Shown here: positions 30,526-32,000 of the stretch, piece by piece
Layout: each line of letters begins with the position of its first letter
How positions within the stretch are numbered: the stretch's first letter is position 1
Assembly (NCBI RefSeq): GCF_964059045.1
Contig: NZ_OZ060402.1
Location: 60,001 to 92,000, forward strand
From: Candidatus Saccharimonadota bacterium
GTDB lineage: Bacteria; Pseudomonadota; Gammaproteobacteria; Enterobacterales; Enterobacteriaceae
Length of the DNA: 32,000 nt
Reading direction: 5' to 3'
The notes under the pieces: generated by a model
What the model saw: the letters and a program-made list of their open reading frames with translations, nothing else
What the model was told of the DNA's origin: nothing
Databases searched by the model: none
Translations under genes and position numbers: made by a program

Positions 30526-30699
30526 AATATTTTTATATTTGATTTCTATTAATTATTATTTAAAAATTATTATTTGTATTTTTATATTGATAAAAAATAT
30601 TTTTTTGACAAATTATATTTGTTGTTTTTAATTTAAATTATATTTCTATATATAATATTTATTTGTTATTCATACAAATTGTAAAAGGAATATTTTTAT

Positions 30700-31827
30700 A
30701 TGTTATGTCCAGTATTGGATTTAACTAAAAATTTAGTTAAAATCCCTTCTATTAGTCCTTTAGATTTAGGTTGTCAAAAGATTATTAGTCAGAGATTAAA
30801 TGCATTAGGTTTTAGAATTGAAAATGTAAAAATTAATAATACTACAAATATTTGGGCTGAGAGGGGTATTGGAAAGACATTAACTTTTTTAGGACATACA
30901 GATGTGGTTTCCCCTGGTAATTTAAATCAATGGAATACTGATCCTTTTTCCCCAGTAGTTATTGATAAAAAATTATTTGGGAGAGGGGTGGCTGATATGA
31001 AAGGTGCTATAGCAGCTATGATTGTAGCGGTAGAGCGTTTTTTATTTAATTATCCTAATCATCAAGGAAGATTATCATTTATTATTACTTCTGATGAAGA
31101 ATCTAGTGCTTTAGATGGTACTGTAAAAGTAGTAAATATGTTACATAATAGAGGAGAAAAAATTGATTATTGTTTAGTAGGAGAACCTTCTAGTATGAAT
31201 ATTTTAGGTGATACGATTAAAAATGGACGAAGAGGTTCGATCAGTGCACGTTTATTAATAAATGGAATTCAAGGACATATTGCTTATCCACAATTAGCAA
31301 AAAATCCTATTCATTTGTCTTTGCCTTTTTTATCTCATTTAAATAATTTTGTTTGGGATTGTGGTAATTGTTTTTTCCCTTCTACTAGCATGCAAATATA
31401 TAAAATACAGGCAGGTACAGGATTTAATAATATTATTCCTGGTGAATTATTGATTGAATTTAATTTTCGTTTTAGTACTGAAATTACAGTAGAGAAAATT
31501 AAAAGTGAAGTCAAAAAAATGTTAAAAATTTATAATTTAAATTATTCAATTGAATGGTTTTTATCAGCTAGACCATTTTTAACTAAACAATCAAAATTAA
31601 TTGATCAAACCATTAATGCAATTCAATCTCATATAGATATTGTTCCTGTTTTATCTACAGATGGAGGTACTTCTGACGGTAGATTTTTATCAGAAATAGG
31701 TGTAGAAGTAGTAGAATTAGGTTTGGTAAATTCTACTATTCATCAGGTCAATGAATGTGTTAATATTGATGATTTAAAAAAATTAAGTATTATATATGAA
31801 GATATTATGAATAAATTATTTGTTTAA
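30700..31827 (+). CDS. dapE: Succinyl-diaminopimelate desuccinylase
   Basis: 375-aa ORF. MLCPVLDLTKNLVKIPSISP, GHTDVV, GRGVADMKG, ITSDEE, LVGEPSS and NGRRGS motifs. Collinear with E. coli DapE (375 aa). Confidence 0.95.
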   Translation: MLCPVLDLTKNLVKIPSISPLDLGCQKIISQRLNALGFRIENVKINNTTNIWAERGIGKTLTFLGHTDVVSPGNLNQWNTDPFSPVVIDKKLFGRGVADMKGAIAAMIVAVERFLFNYPNHQGRLSFIITSDEESSALDGTVKVVNMLHNRGEKIDYCLVGEPSSMNILGDTIKNGRRGSISARLLINGIQGHIAYPQLAKNPIHLSLPFLSHLNNFVWDCGNCFFPSTSMQIYKIQAGTGFNNIIPGELLIEFNFRFSTEITVEKIKSEVKKMLKIYNLNYSIEWFLSARPFLTKQSKLIDQTINAIQSHIDIVPVLSTDGGTSDGRFLSEIGVEVVELGLVNSTIHQVNECVNIDDLKKLSIIYEDIMNKLFV

Positions 31828-31948
31828 ATTATTTTAATAAGATTTATTTTAACGTGAATTGATTTAAATGAAATTTATTTTTATTGATAAATGTTTTTAA
31901 TATGCATTTAATAATATAAATATTTTATGATTTTAAAACTATTTAGCT

Positions 31949-31971
31949 CAGAGTATCATGCAGATACTCTG
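31949..31971. other. 9-bp G/C-containing hairpin about 120 nt after dapE; possible terminator
   Basis: cagagtatc (31949-31957), loop atgca, gatactctg (31963-31971). It is followed by gatgaaattttt. Confidence 0.3.
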
Positions 31972-32000
31972 GATGAAATTTTTAAAAAACAATTAGTTGA

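Overview
The window is extremely AT-rich, gene-dense and free of mobile DNA. It looks like a reduced gammaproteobacterial insect endosymbiont. From memory, the gene order best fits Buchnera aphidicola; this identification is an inference, not a search result. Order: cca(+) | crr-ptsI-ptsH-cysK(-) | ligA(+) | tRNA-Lys, tRNA-Val(-) | gltX(+) | tRNA-Ala(+) | fliE(-) | fliFGHIJK, fliMN, fliPQR(+) | rpmG-rpmB(-) | ppa(-) | pmbA(+) | rnpB(-) | rsmI(-) | fabB, talA, tkt, dapE(+). Almost every protein aligns by eye to its E. coli ortholog. rpmG (55 aa) is missing from the ORF track and was recovered by hand translation. I found no CRISPR array, IS element, phage, toxin or defence gene, and no novel multi-gene system. 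Six observations are worth a second look. (1) A perfect inverted repeat with 66-bp arms and a 10-nt spacer covers the ligA start codon. (2) rsmI is intact over about 282 codons, but its only ATG is one frame off across an A10 tract. This looks like a slippage-rescued frameshift or a pseudogene. (3) LigA ends after the HhH region and lacks the BRCT domain. (4) Cca has lost its HD-motif residues, and none of the three tRNA genes here encodes a 3' CCA. (5) The flagellar cluster is a stripped basal-body/export set without fliL or fliO. (6) Perfect, mostly AT-only hairpins sit at gene and operon 3' ends. All homology statements come from manual comparison with remembered E. coli sequences and need BLAST/HMM confirmation.
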